Assembly: GCF_963676685.1 (NCBI RefSeq)
Contig: NC_092356.1
Coordinates: forward strand, 248,001 to 312,000
Direction: 5' to 3'
DNA from: Mytilus edulis
Taxonomy: Eukaryota
Length of the DNA stretch: 64,000 nt
The position numbers and the translations under genes are program-made. Positions within the stretch are counted from its first letter, which is position 1. Each line of letters opens with the position of its first letter. Positions 1 to 11,650 of this stretch are shown here, one piece after another. The notes under the pieces are model-generated. The model had not been told where the DNA came from. It saw only the letters and a list, made by a program, of their open reading frames with translations, and searched no databases.

Positions 1-89
1 ATCAAACTAATTTGTACAGCATTAGAACAAACCGTACAAATCAAACTAATTTGTACAGCATTAGAACAAACCGTACAAATCAAACTAAT
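1..89 (+). repeat. 39-bp tandem repeat truncated by the window start, in gene A intron 2
   Basis: atcaaactaatttgtacagcattagaacaaaccgtacaa twice plus a partial copy. Confidence 0.85.
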
Positions 90-483
90 ATACTTTCTAT
101 TTGTTTTTCATCAAAATGATATTCTATTGAAAACAATTCTTCAAAAATATGAAAATCAAACTTACTTCACACAATAGTTATTATATAATTCACAATTTGT
201 GACCTTCTGATAATAGTGCAAAATTTACTGAGGTGAACTTTTTTTCTTCAAATATGGTGCTAGAGGTCGTCTAAAGTTGCAGTGAGGTGAGTGTTGGTTT
301 TTTTTTTGCTGTGCAAGTACTGATTTAGTGTCATAGAGGGATACCCCAAGTCCTTTGTTTTTCTATTATAGTTTTTTTCGCATTGTCTGTACTTATATTA
401 AAATTAATTAACATTTTTAAAACATGCTCTATTACAAACGTAGTTTCCGGTATCATGGCATGAAGAACAAATAATATATTTAC

Positions 484-549
484 CGATCTGACCGTCGCAC
501 ACAATATACTCGACACACGTGCTCTGGTAGTATGTTGTAGCTCTCTTGT
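484..549 (-). CDS. LRR gene A exon 2 (66 bp; NKRATTYYQSTCVEYIVCDGQIG); exon 3 presumably left of the window
   Basis: ttctatttcAG acceptor, G|GTAAAT donor, open phase 1-1 frame, homologous to exon 2 of the other paralogues. Confidence 0.88.
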
Positions 550-1033
550 CTGAAATAGAAAAATGATCGATGAAAAACCATTAATAGCCGATTTTAATTA
601 TTTCACTACTGCGTCACAAATATCATATGTAGACCAAAAAAAAACGAATTCTACGGTGACCTCTAACTTCTATATCATTTGTTGTCTGATGGAGAGTTGT
701 CTCATTGGCAATTATACTACATCTTCCAATTTTTATATGAATATTTGAAAGAGGGGATTCGCATTTCACATGATATACGATAGTTCCAGATTGGTTTTAC
801 CAAATGGACAGAAGTTTGCTACCGACGATCGCAATCCTATTGGGATGAGGTTCTGGTTGATGGTTAGTTTCTTGTGGCATACTTCTTCTATAACTTCAGA
901 CAAACAATGATACCAGTTTATCATGACGTTATGCCGTGGCTCTTTTTAAAATTACTAAATTAATATAAAAAAAAAAACATTCTCTTTTTGATATGTATAT
1001 ACATGAAAATAGAAGAATAAAATGAGAACTTAC

Positions 1034-1895
1034 TTAAATAATCAGCTGGGTCTTGACAAACAATATCCCCGCCAATGGTGATGTTATTTTCTTTAGAATA
1101 CTCTAAGAACCAGAGATACCCACACGTACAGAACCAACTGATTCCGTACAAATCCACGTGAGACAGGGCATCTAGACCTGTAAACATATTACCCTCAAGC
1201 TTGGTCATTATGTTGTCATTTAGAGAAATATACTTCAACTTTTTCAGAGCAGAAAACATGTCAGCTTGCAGCACCATTAAATGTGCACGTTCAAGGCGCA
1301 CTCGCTCCACTTCAAGCAAATTAAACAGAGCCCCGGTGGCCATTGTACTGCCTACGACTTGTGAGTTTATGATGGCGAATTCTCCGAGAGGATCACTGTA
1401 TTGTGCCATCTTTTTCACATTTAGTCCTTTGAAACCATCGGGATGCATGTTAGTGATGGATCCACCGGTAATATGAAACAAATTAACATCGCCAAACCCC
1501 GAAAACACGTCCGATGGAATCGATAGTAATCCACAATCAATAATCTTAACCTCGTCAATAAAGGAGAAATCAGTGAACGCAGCGCTGTCAAGGATTATAT
1601 CAGAGTTAGCATAGCATATCATATAAAGACTTGGAACATATTTTGAATCGAAGTTTCCCGTGTTGATACTCGTGAATCCAGAAAACGTGTTTGCTGCTAT
1701 TGTTCCAGATAGTTCTTCCAAAACTATCCGCTGTGGTTCTACGCTGTCAAAGTCAGCGTAAGCCAAAGGCAGAGACCAACTTCTTGCACTACAAGTGTAG
1801 AGAATTTGAGATGAATCGTAAGTACAGCCAACAGGAAGTGCAGACAACGGTGTCAGCGCACAGAAACATAAACACGCCACTATTGTGGAATACAT
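1034..1895 (-). CDS. LRR gene A exon 1: signal peptide, Cys cap, LRRs, LRRCT start
   Basis: ORF 960..1895; LRRs such as LKKLKYISLNDNIMTKLEGNMFTGL; WFCTCGYLW; donor TTAA|GTAAGT at 1034/1033, phase 1. Confidence 0.92.
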
Positions 1896-4800
1896 GTTTT
1901 GTCCTTTTCACTTCCTGATAGTTTTATAACAGATCCACATTTTATCATTCCATTGTGGGGTAAATACTGTGTATGAAGAATTCCTCCATTGATTTGGTTT
2001 AGTGTAATGATTTGGATTACCCGTTTATCCGATTACCATTTTAACCTACTATTTAATCATTTGAACATGCTTAGATTAAATGGTAATACACAATATTATT
2101 CTGGTAAATTGCTGTAACAACTTGTTTAAACTAGTGGGCGTCTTTCTATTTTCCTAGTTTGTAAAAAAAAAACCGAGTTGAACAAACTATGATCGCCCAT
2201 TATAGACAGTTGACCATTAATCTTTATAGCAAACAAAATCCTCAGATAAAGATAGAGGACTTTTTTACCAATTAAAAGAACCAAATAGTAAAACTAAACA
2301 AATCTAAATTTCGGGTAATTACCATAACCTAAAAGTTGAAATAGGAAGTTGTAAGGACAACCATAGCATATCAAGCAATCTTTAGAGTTGCAACAACGAT
2401 TTGTATATAAGATTATGAAAGTGTGGTTTGATCGCAAATGACATAGAAGTTAACAACTTACTACAAGCCTCCAACAATGAGCAAAACCAATGCCGTATAG
2501 TCAGCTGTAAAAGGCCCGAAAATGTCAAATGTAATTATCTCAACTGAGGAAGCTAACGGTCCTGTTTATATACAAATTTGACTGCTCCATAGGCTTACAT
2601 GCAAAACAGCTGATCTTTGAAAATTAAAAAATTAAAAATGCTACATAGAAAATTTGTTTCATGTTCATATCATGTATGTACTAATGTGAAATTGTGATTT
2701 AATCGAAAAAAAGAGGGTCATGCCATGAAGAATAAAAAGATACGTAATCCTGAAGTCAAAACATTTTTTTTCTACTTTCTGTTTGCTACTTTTACTAGGC
2801 CGCACCACTTCCAGTAAACATGATATCCTTTCACTTTCCTGGATTGATATCCTCCAAAAGATGCAAGATTTTTTTAAAGTCTATATATATGTTTCAATTC
2901 AGCATAAACCTATATTCAAACAGAAAAAATTGAGTTCAGAAAAAAAATCAGAAAAAAATGCACTATTTTGTTTCCCTCCATGTTGTAATACAAGACTGGT
3001 ACCAACAGTGTGCAAAAATCAAATACATCTATGATACACAGCAACAAACGACAACCACTGAATAACAGGCTCGGCGGGGTTAAATAAGTTTTAAGGCACC
3101 AATCCTCCATATACTGGGACAGTGGTGTATAATAGTAAAACATAAGAACAAACTATACAAATCAGTTGAAAAGGACTCAACCGCAAATAGAAAGCAGGAG
3201 GACATCAAACAAAACCACAAACCGGACGTGGCAGGGTATATTTACATCCTCACAACAAATAGGACACTAAGAAAATATCAGAAATTATTGCGGTTACTGA
3301 CAGCTAGTTCAAAGTCAATACAAATTATAAAGAAGCATGAATCTATGAATTAAATATCAATCCGTAAACTTCCGATCGTTTTAGTGTAAAGACGTCATTG
3401 TTGAAGTCCGTACTGAGATCTATACTTAATTTCTGTGTCATTTGGTCTCTTGTGGTGAGCTTTACTATTTGACATCATATCACATCTTCCTATTTTTATA
3501 TCAAAAAGTCAGAAAAACATGACCTTGTGCAATGCCAAGAAACAGGCATATTCCATGGCCATCAAATGTTGCATTGGCATAACTATGTTCTTTGTGATAC
3601 ATGTATGTTTAAACTTATAATTATTGACTTGTGTTAATACTGAGTTATACTTTGGGACTTTGCTTGAACCATTAAGGTGTAATTTGCGAATAGAATTATT
3701 ATTGATCTAATATTAAATTAAAGTACTTATTTTATCCTATTTTTTTTGGTTTAACAGAGTAGATCGCCAACTACCATACCACTTTAGTGATCGTCAAACA
3801 AATTTGACCAAGTTTTCTGCAACTAAACACCTTACTGTTGGAGCACTGATTTATTGCATATAGCTTAGTCTTTCTTCTTGTTTCCATTTTCTGCTTATAT
3901 TTCAATATCATCTTATTATCTACAGGACAGTCGTTTTTTTTGTTGTAGCGAAAGCGCCAACACTTCTGTACAGTTTGAAAACTAAATAGTAGTATAATGA
4001 AGTTCGATTCACTAAAAAGTTTTCTAAATGTTCAGTTGAATAAAACTTACGCAACTGACCTTGAAGCGATATCATAAAAACGGGTCCTTTTCTTTCGGGT
4101 GACGTACGTAGAATCCCGGTCGTGAGGTGGTCTATATACGTTATATATCATTTTAATTTGAATTCGGACAGGGGTAAAGCTCATAATCGTTATGTGTATA
4201 ATATGTGGTTTAAAACATCGATAATACAAGCGAACTGATTTTACAAATGAATCCTCTTTGAACGACAAAATTGGAAACCATGAAATCATCCTATGTTAAA
4301 GCATATTGTGGCCATCTGTTTGCAGCGCTTTTTTATCATGTTTATTTATTTAAATATTGATAAATAGAAATTATATCAGTTTGTGGATAAATTTTTTCAA
4401 AGTGGAAATGTTGACAAAATTTTATAGTGACGCTAACCTATATAGTATTTCGGATCGCCAAAATGATAAAAAAGAATATTTTATTGATATTTTGTTAACA
4501 AGTTTCAAATCTATATTTAATTTGATGGTTGTTGCAACATGTATGTTTTAGAGAAGCCGAAATCATCTACCACGGTGACCATAATTGAGAGAGGGCATAG
4601 ATATTTCAAGAACCAATAAATATGACATGATCTTGGGGCATTATTATCAAATGTTTTGTTTAAATGTGGCTCAATATTTTAAAACAGACATAGTAATCAC
4701 ATACATGTACATGTATATATAAGACATGCTAAAACAAAATCATAAACAAGTGAATCGACTAGCCGATATTAGAATCGTATTAGTTCTTAAAAACAATTTC

Positions 4801-5096
4801 TCAGACTGTTTCATTCTTCTTAATTTTATGTCATATTGATTTTCCAGTAATTGTGGCACCTGTGCATTTAGCGGCCATATTGATGAATCTACTGCATAAC
4901 TTGCCTATTTACATTGTCGGTGTGTGTGTTCGACCCCCGCACGTGACAGGAGCGTTCGACTCGAATCTTAATTGACAAGAGAACAGGTTATACTGCCAAA
5001 GGTCGTTGGTTATCGCCGAGCACTCCACATTTACCATCACGTTTTAGCTAAGTGGTGGCGTTAATACAAACAATTAATCACTCGGTCAGTGCATTA

Positions 5097-5490
5097 AGGA
5101 TGTACTTATGTGAGGTTTTGGAATAAGTGCCAAATGTTCGGACTCCTCAGTGTTTTTCCATACGATACAATGTAAAATATGTTGCCCCATAACACCTTGT
5201 TTTATCTTTCAACATAAGATTTAATATCTCATTAAAGGTCATTTACCAAAATTTAAGCAGATTCTTGATGTTCTTTCTTTTGATTTGACACCCACATAAT
5301 ACCAATGCAAATATAAGGTAAAAGACCGAGTCCGCCATATTTTATAAATTAAATATCTTGAAAAGGAGCTCAATGACCTATCAATATTTTTAGCTGATTT
5401 TGATCCTTAACTAATACTCTTCCAGTTTAAAGTATCAACTTTGAGTTCTTAATTTATTTAATTTTACCTTAGATCACCTAAGTACATCCC
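5097..5490. mobile_element. Probable MITE
   Basis: Inverted ends ggatgtactta / taagtacatcc flanked by TTA/TAA. Confidence 0.55.
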
Positions 5491-5778
5491 TAAACTGATG
5501 TTTATTTGAAGACGGGGATCGCAAAAAGCGTCTTTATACTGTTATCAAAAGATTAAAGAAAACAAATGTTTTGAAATTGCCATTTTGTTACTGAGGAAAA
5601 AAGTTAACAAATTACTTATAAATATTAACGACTGCAGGTGATCGACATGGCTTTCACGTAAAACTTAATTAAAGCTGCAAAACATTTCACTAGTAAACTT
5701 GTTAAAACCTAATACATTGCACTTTCCTTGTCCTAAGAGAAGTAACAACACTTGAATTCCAAACAGAATATAATTACA

Positions 5779-6135
5779 AACAAGAATGTGTTCATAGTAC
5801 ACGGATGCCCCACTCGCACTATAATTTCCCATGTTCAGTGGACCATGAAATTGGGGTAAAAACTATAATTTTGCATTAAAATTACAAAGATCATATCATG
5901 GGGAACATGTATACTAAGTGTCAAGTGGATTGGACTTTAACTTCATCAAAAACTACCTTGACCAAAAACATTAACCTGAAGTGGGACGAACGGACGCACA
6001 GACGAACGAACGGACGCACAGACGAACGAACGGACGCACAGACGAACGAACGGACGCACAGACGAACGAACGGAGGCACAGACCAGAAAACATACATGTA
6101 ATGCCCCTCTACTATCGTAGGTGGGGCATAAAACA
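5779..6135 (+). mobile_element. Helentron/DINE-like non-autonomous element with internal 20-bp repeat
   Basis: (acgaacggacgcacagacga)n and 3' hairpin atgcccc..ggggcat; related inverted copy at ~40690-40957. Confidence 0.6.
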
Positions 6136-6657
6136 TCTTGAATTAAAAACTGCAACAAATGGCAACGAACAAATACAAATAACATATACACATAGCTATA
6201 TAGACTGAGGTAGTTTCGAGAGTACTAAAATGTCGTTGATTGAAGAAAATATTTGTGATTTTCATGATCGTGAGAATTTGAATTCAAGGTTTTGACAAAA
6301 TCTGCATAAAGTCAATAAGAAAACAGTATTCTATTGAACTTTGATATTTCGCTTTTATCCAAACCCAAACCATGCAAATTAATACGCAACGAATGGATCA
6401 ACCTTATATTGTTCTGTATTTTTATTTGAATATTTATACTCAATATACATTAAACAATATGCTTTATTTTAAAAACACTCCGTCTCATTTACATGTGAAA
6501 CAAGAGGTAAATACATACAAAATACAATCACATACAATACAAGAAATAAGTAAAACAACTTAGAAATGATATATATTACAAATTACTTTACTTTATATTA
6601 AAATATTTTCGTTAACTTTGAAACGAATACTTTATAGCTGTACATGCACTTCGTTGA

Positions 6658-6959
6658 TTAAGCTTCTGTATCTATGGAATCCATGTTACTGATAGTAGCT
6701 CCTGTTTGTTTCCTAGGCAATGGACCAGCTTGTAACTCTTCTAAAGACGGCGGCTCTCGTTGATTGCTCGCAATTCTGTTTTGGCTCGTGTTCCTGCTAG
6801 GTGATTGTTCAGGTTTGTTTGGTTCTATGGTGTCACTGACTTGCCGCTTAGTGTGGATAATAAGACCAAGAGCTGCACATGAGATGACCAGTGTGATTAA
6901 CAAGAGGATGTAGTTGATCAGCTCGAACATACTCACACACGTACTACCAATAGCAATAC
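6658..6959 (-). CDS. LRR gene B exon 3: transmembrane helix and ~60-aa low-complexity cytoplasmic tail
   Basis: ctAG|GT acceptor in phase 1; GIAIGSTC then hydrophobic INYILLLITLVISCAALGLII then HTKRQ; TAA at 6658. Confidence 0.88.
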
Positions 6960-7469
6960 CTAGTATTACAAAAAGAAAATATTTGTGAGTGGTTTTAGAA
7001 AATAATTTATTACAAGTACCGACAAGTAATGACATAGTTCAACGTTATTTGATATAATAATACAAGCATTGATTCAGACTGGAGCGCACCTGACGCCTTC
7101 CACCTAAAAGAGTTCAGCAAATGTAACTGGAAGGTAAATTGTCTGCGATATTCTTGTTAAAATATAGATCTCTACGAGACCCAACCCAATCAATCAAAAT
7201 CAAATCGTGGATTAGTTTATCACCAACATTATCATCATGTCCAATCTTTTTTACCTTTATTAAGAGACTGATATTTTTTTAATCTTTCATCATGTTTTTC
7301 TTGCTTAGTAGTTGAAATAGTTCTTTGCTTGCTTTTAGTCTTGCAAGTAATATTTTAGAATATAGACACTACTTGACCTTGTTGTGTTATTTTGTTGTTG
7401 GGTTTTTGTACTATGGGTATATACCTAAAATCTGCTTTTATTAAAATTCATAGAACCCAAAGAGTTTAC

Positions 7470-7535
7470 CTGTTATTTTACCACACACCCCATCTGTCAC
7501 ACAAGTGTCCAAATTGTACTTTGTGGCACGTTTAT
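7470..7535 (-). CDS. LRR gene B exon 2 (66 bp; HKRATKYNLDTCVTDGVCGKITG)
   Basis: ctctttcAG acceptor, CAG|GTAAAC donor; supplies the fourth LRRCT cysteine. Confidence 0.88.
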
Positions 7536-7596
7536 CTGAAAGAGACAAGTAGCGATGACATATTTTACCAACAGTGGCAATGTACGTACATGCACT

Positions 7597-7760
7597 ATAG
7601 GATTAAACACATTTTTTCTAGAGGTTATTGATGTGTAAACCGGGGCGGTTAACTCACAAACTGAATAAAAGTCCGAAGGACTTTTATGTCAAGTTTGTGA
7701 GTTAGAGACCCGGTTTACACATCAATAACCTCTAGAAAAAATGTGTTTAATCCTTATAAT
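7597..7760. repeat. ~165-bp palindrome, probably the head of a non-autonomous element extending to ~8370
   Basis: aggattaaacacattttttctagaggttattgatgtgtaaaccggg mirrored around aaaagtccgaaggactttt. Confidence 0.85.
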
Positions 7761-8689
7761 TCTTCAGCCAAACATACGCGAATATTAATTTACATCATTG
7801 CTTTGATGGCTACTATATGTACCATCAGATGCACAATGTCATGTCGTAACTAAGGAGTACGCCGCCATCTTGACTTTCTATAAAAACTTAAATGTTCGAT
7901 AAATGCAACAGAATCTAAAATGAACTAGCACCTACCTCAAAAACTTCATTTTAATTAGATACTATCCGAATTTGAAGCGTACAAGTAACGAAATAATCTT
8001 TCGTCTGAAAGTTTTCAATCGTATGACGTCGTGTCTTGCCATGACGTACATTCGCCAAATCATTCGTGAAATTTCCCTGAATTTTATTTAAATTTTATTT
8101 TTATACATTTTCGAAGCTTTAGTGCATTTATTTTATTTCTTTTTTTGGGGTTATATATGCATTAGAATAGAAACAACTGTCATGCAATTGTTTTATAATC
8201 TCAACTTGCTGAAAATCCCAGTATCCCTGCAAGAATGTGTATCGCGCATGAATAGACTACAAAAGTAGTTTCGGAAACATGGTTTATCGAAGTGTAAACC
8301 AAGAGAAAAATTCTTCTTGACCAATCCAATTCAAGTATTTATAGATATGCAAATGATATAAGAATTATAATACCGTATTACTGCGTCAAGTGGGCACCGT
8401 GTGCTGACCATAATGTATTATCAGATTGATAATGTGTATCTATATCATATGCATTAAGGTAAATTATTTCTTTGTTGAATATAGATTATTTTTTTCTCTA
8501 ATGTGTGCTTAAAAGCAAATGTATGGTTTAACACATACTTAGCCGTACAATACAATAAAGTACCAGAACAACTTTGAAAACATACTTGCGTTCACCTGTT
8601 GGTGACCTTCTGCTGTTGGTTTTTTTTCTATGGTCGGGTTGTTGTCTCTTTGGTACATTCCCCATTTCCATTCTCAATTTTATTACGTA

Positions 8690-10800
8690 AACAACAGGGG
8701 TGCTTCATACAATGTCACGTACATTCGTAATCAACAGGAGTGCTACATACAATGACACTTACGTTTGTAATCAATAGGAGTGCTATAGACAATGTCACTT
8801 ACGTTTGTAATCAACAGGAGTGCTACAGACAATGTCTCTTACGTTCGTAATCAACAGGAGTGCTACAGACAATGTCTCTTACGTTCGTAATCAACAGGAG
8901 TGCTACAGACAGTGTCACTTACGTTCGTAATTAACAGGAGTGTTACATACAATGTCATTTGCGTTCGTAATCAACAGGATTTTTACAGATAATGTCACTT
9001 ACGTTCGTTATAACGTGGTGTGCTACATACAATGTCACTTACGTTCGTAATAACGTGGAGTGCTACATACAATGTCACTTACGTTCGTCATCAACAGGAG
9101 TGTTACAGATAATGTCACTAACGTTCGTAATCGACAGGAGTGCTACATACAATGTCACTTACATTCGTAATTAACAGGAGTGCTACAGACAACTTCACTT
9201 ACGTTCGTAATCAACAGGAGTCCTATAGACAATGTAACTTACGTTCTTAATCAACAGGAGTCCTATAGACAATGTCACTTACGTTCGTAATCAACAGTAG
9301 TACTATAGACCATGTCACTTACGTTCGTAATCAATAGGAGTGCCACGCACATTGTCTCTTACTATCCTAATCAACTGAAGTGCTTCAGAAAATGTCACTT
9401 ACGTTCGTAATCAATAGGAGTCCTATAGACAATGTAACTTACGTTCGTAATCAACAGGAGTCCTATAGACAATGTAACTTACGTTCTTAATCAACAGGAA
9501 TCCTATAGACAATGTAACTTACGTTCGTAATCAACAGGAGTCCTATAGACAATGTAACTTACGTTCTTAATCAACAGGAGTCCTATAGACAATGTCACTT
9601 ACGTTCGTAATCAACAGGAGCGTTCGTAATCAACAGGAGTCTTATAGACAATGTAACGTACGTTCGTAATCAACAGGAGTCCTATAGACAATGTCACTTA
9701 CGTTTGTAATCAACAGGAGTCCTATAGACAATGTCACTTACGTTTGCAATCAACAGGAGTCCTATAGACAATGTAACTTACGTTTGCAATCAACAGGAGT
9801 CCTATAGACAATGTCACTTACGTTCATAATCAATAGGCGTGCTATTGACAATGTCACTTACGTTCATAATCAACAGGCGTGCTACAGACTATGTCGCCAT
9901 TCATAGTGATATTGTTCTCTGACAAATAGTCCAAGAACCAGAGGTTTTCGCAGGAACAGTCCCAGCTGATGCCATACATATCTACTGAGGCAAGGCCAAA
10001 GACATTGGCAAACATGTTGTTTGGGATGGAGTGTTACAGATAATGTCACTTACGTTCGTTATAACGTGGTGTGCTACATACAATGTCACTTACGTTCGTA
10101 ATAACGTGGAGTGCTACATACCATGTCACTTACGTTCGTAATCAACAGGAGTGTTACAGATAATGTCACTAACGTTCGTAATCAACAGGAGTGCTACATA
10201 CAATGTCACTTACATTCGTAATCAACAGGAGTGCTACAGACAATTTCACTTACGTTCGTAATCAACAGGAGTCCTATAGACAATGTAACTTACGTTCTTA
10301 ATCAACAGGAGTCCTATAGACAATGTCACTTACGTTCGTAATCAACAGTAGTACTATAGACCATGTCACTTACGTTCGTAATCAATAGGAGTGCCACGCA
10401 CATTGTCTCTTACTATCCTAATCAACTGAAGTGCTTCAGAAAATGTCACTAACGTTCGTTATCAACAGGAGTCCTATAGACAATGTAACTTACGTTCGTA
10501 ATCAACAGGAGTCCTATAGACAATGTAACTTACGTTCTTAATCAACAGGAGTCCTATAGACAATGTTACTTACGTTCATAATCAACAGGAGTCTCATAGA
10601 CAATGTAACTTACGTTCGTAATCAACAGGAGTGCTATAGACAATGTCACTCACGTTTGTAATCAACAGGAGTCCTATAGACAATGTCAATTACGTTTGTA
10701 ATCAACAGGAGTCCTATAGACAATGTAACTTACGTTCGTAATCAACAGGAGTGCTATAGACAATGTCACTTACGTTCATAATCAACAGGCGTGCTACAGA
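8690..10800 (-). repeat. 40-bp minisatellite (~48 copies) in gene B intron 1; unit = last ~34 nt of exon 1 plus GTAAGT
   Basis: Unit caatgtcacttacgttcgtaatcaacaggagtgctacaga matches 10761-10800 across the exon/intron junction. Confidence 0.95.
9862..10029 (-). pseudogene. Duplicated 3' ~168 bp of gene B exon 1 embedded in the minisatellite
   Basis: Near-identical to 10774-10941 (four substitutions seen); no evident acceptor in front. Confidence 0.85.
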
Positions 10801-11650
10801 CTATGTCGCCATTCATAGTGATATTGTTCTCTGATAAATAGTCCAAGAACCAGAGGTTGTCGCAGGAACAGTCCCAGCTGATGCCATACATATCTACTGA
10901 GGCGAGGCCAAAGACATTGGCAAACATGTTGTTCGGGATGGTTGTAAATGTGTTATAGTTCAGGGAAGCATAATTTAACTTTGATAACGCATAGAACATG
11001 TCGGATGTTACTGTTGATAGGTGAGCGTTTTCAATCAGCACTCGTTCAATATTTGGCATATTAAACAATGCTCCGAACGCCAATGCACCGGACGTCAGCT
11101 CTGAGTTAATAATTGCGAACTCTCCCTTAGGATTCGGTACTGTTGTCATTCGATTTACGTTCAGGTTTTTGAAACTATCAGCCACCATATTAGAAATGGA
11201 TCCGCCTTGAATGTGGAATAGATTGACATCTCCAAAGTAAGAGAATGCTTCAACTGGAATGGATAGAATATCACAATTTAGAATTTCGACTTCTTCAACG
11301 TAACTGAAATCGGCAAACGCGTCTTTGTCCAAAATTAACTGCCCTCCGAAATAACACATGATATATAGGGCTGGCGCATAGTCTGGATCAAAAGTTGCTG
11401 TGTTAATACTACTGAATCCAGAAAATGCCGGTCCATTCGGTGCACTTGCTGAGATTTCGCCATCGACATCTTTCAGCATCAGTCTTTGCGGCTGCGCAGT
11501 TGTAAAGTCAGAAAATACAAGAGGCAAACTCCAACTTCTTGCGTTACAGGTGAATAAAATTGTCGATGCATCATATGTACAACCGGTAGGGTCCCCAGAT
11601 GCTGATGACAAAACATATATAACAAACAGAACACGAAAATGAAGACCCAT
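10774..11650 (-). CDS. LRR gene B exon 1; full CDS join 10774..11650, 7470..7535, 6658..6959 (414 aa)
   Basis: ORF 10766..11650 with signal peptide, LRRs and WDCSCDNLW; donor GAAC|GTAAGT, phase 1. Confidence 0.92.

Noticed and set aside
1201-1918. Plus-strand ORFs overlapping LRR exons (also 11400, 20728, 38139, 44586)
   Set aside because: Antisense shadows of real coding exons with no independent support.
5898-6208. Four overlapping short ORFs
   Set aside because: Produced by the 20-bp repeat inside a non-autonomous element.
8690-10800. CRISPR-like appearance of regular ~40-bp repeats
   Set aside because: Units are contiguous with no unique spacers, there are no cas genes, the DNA is eukaryotic, and the unit derives from the adjacent exon junction.
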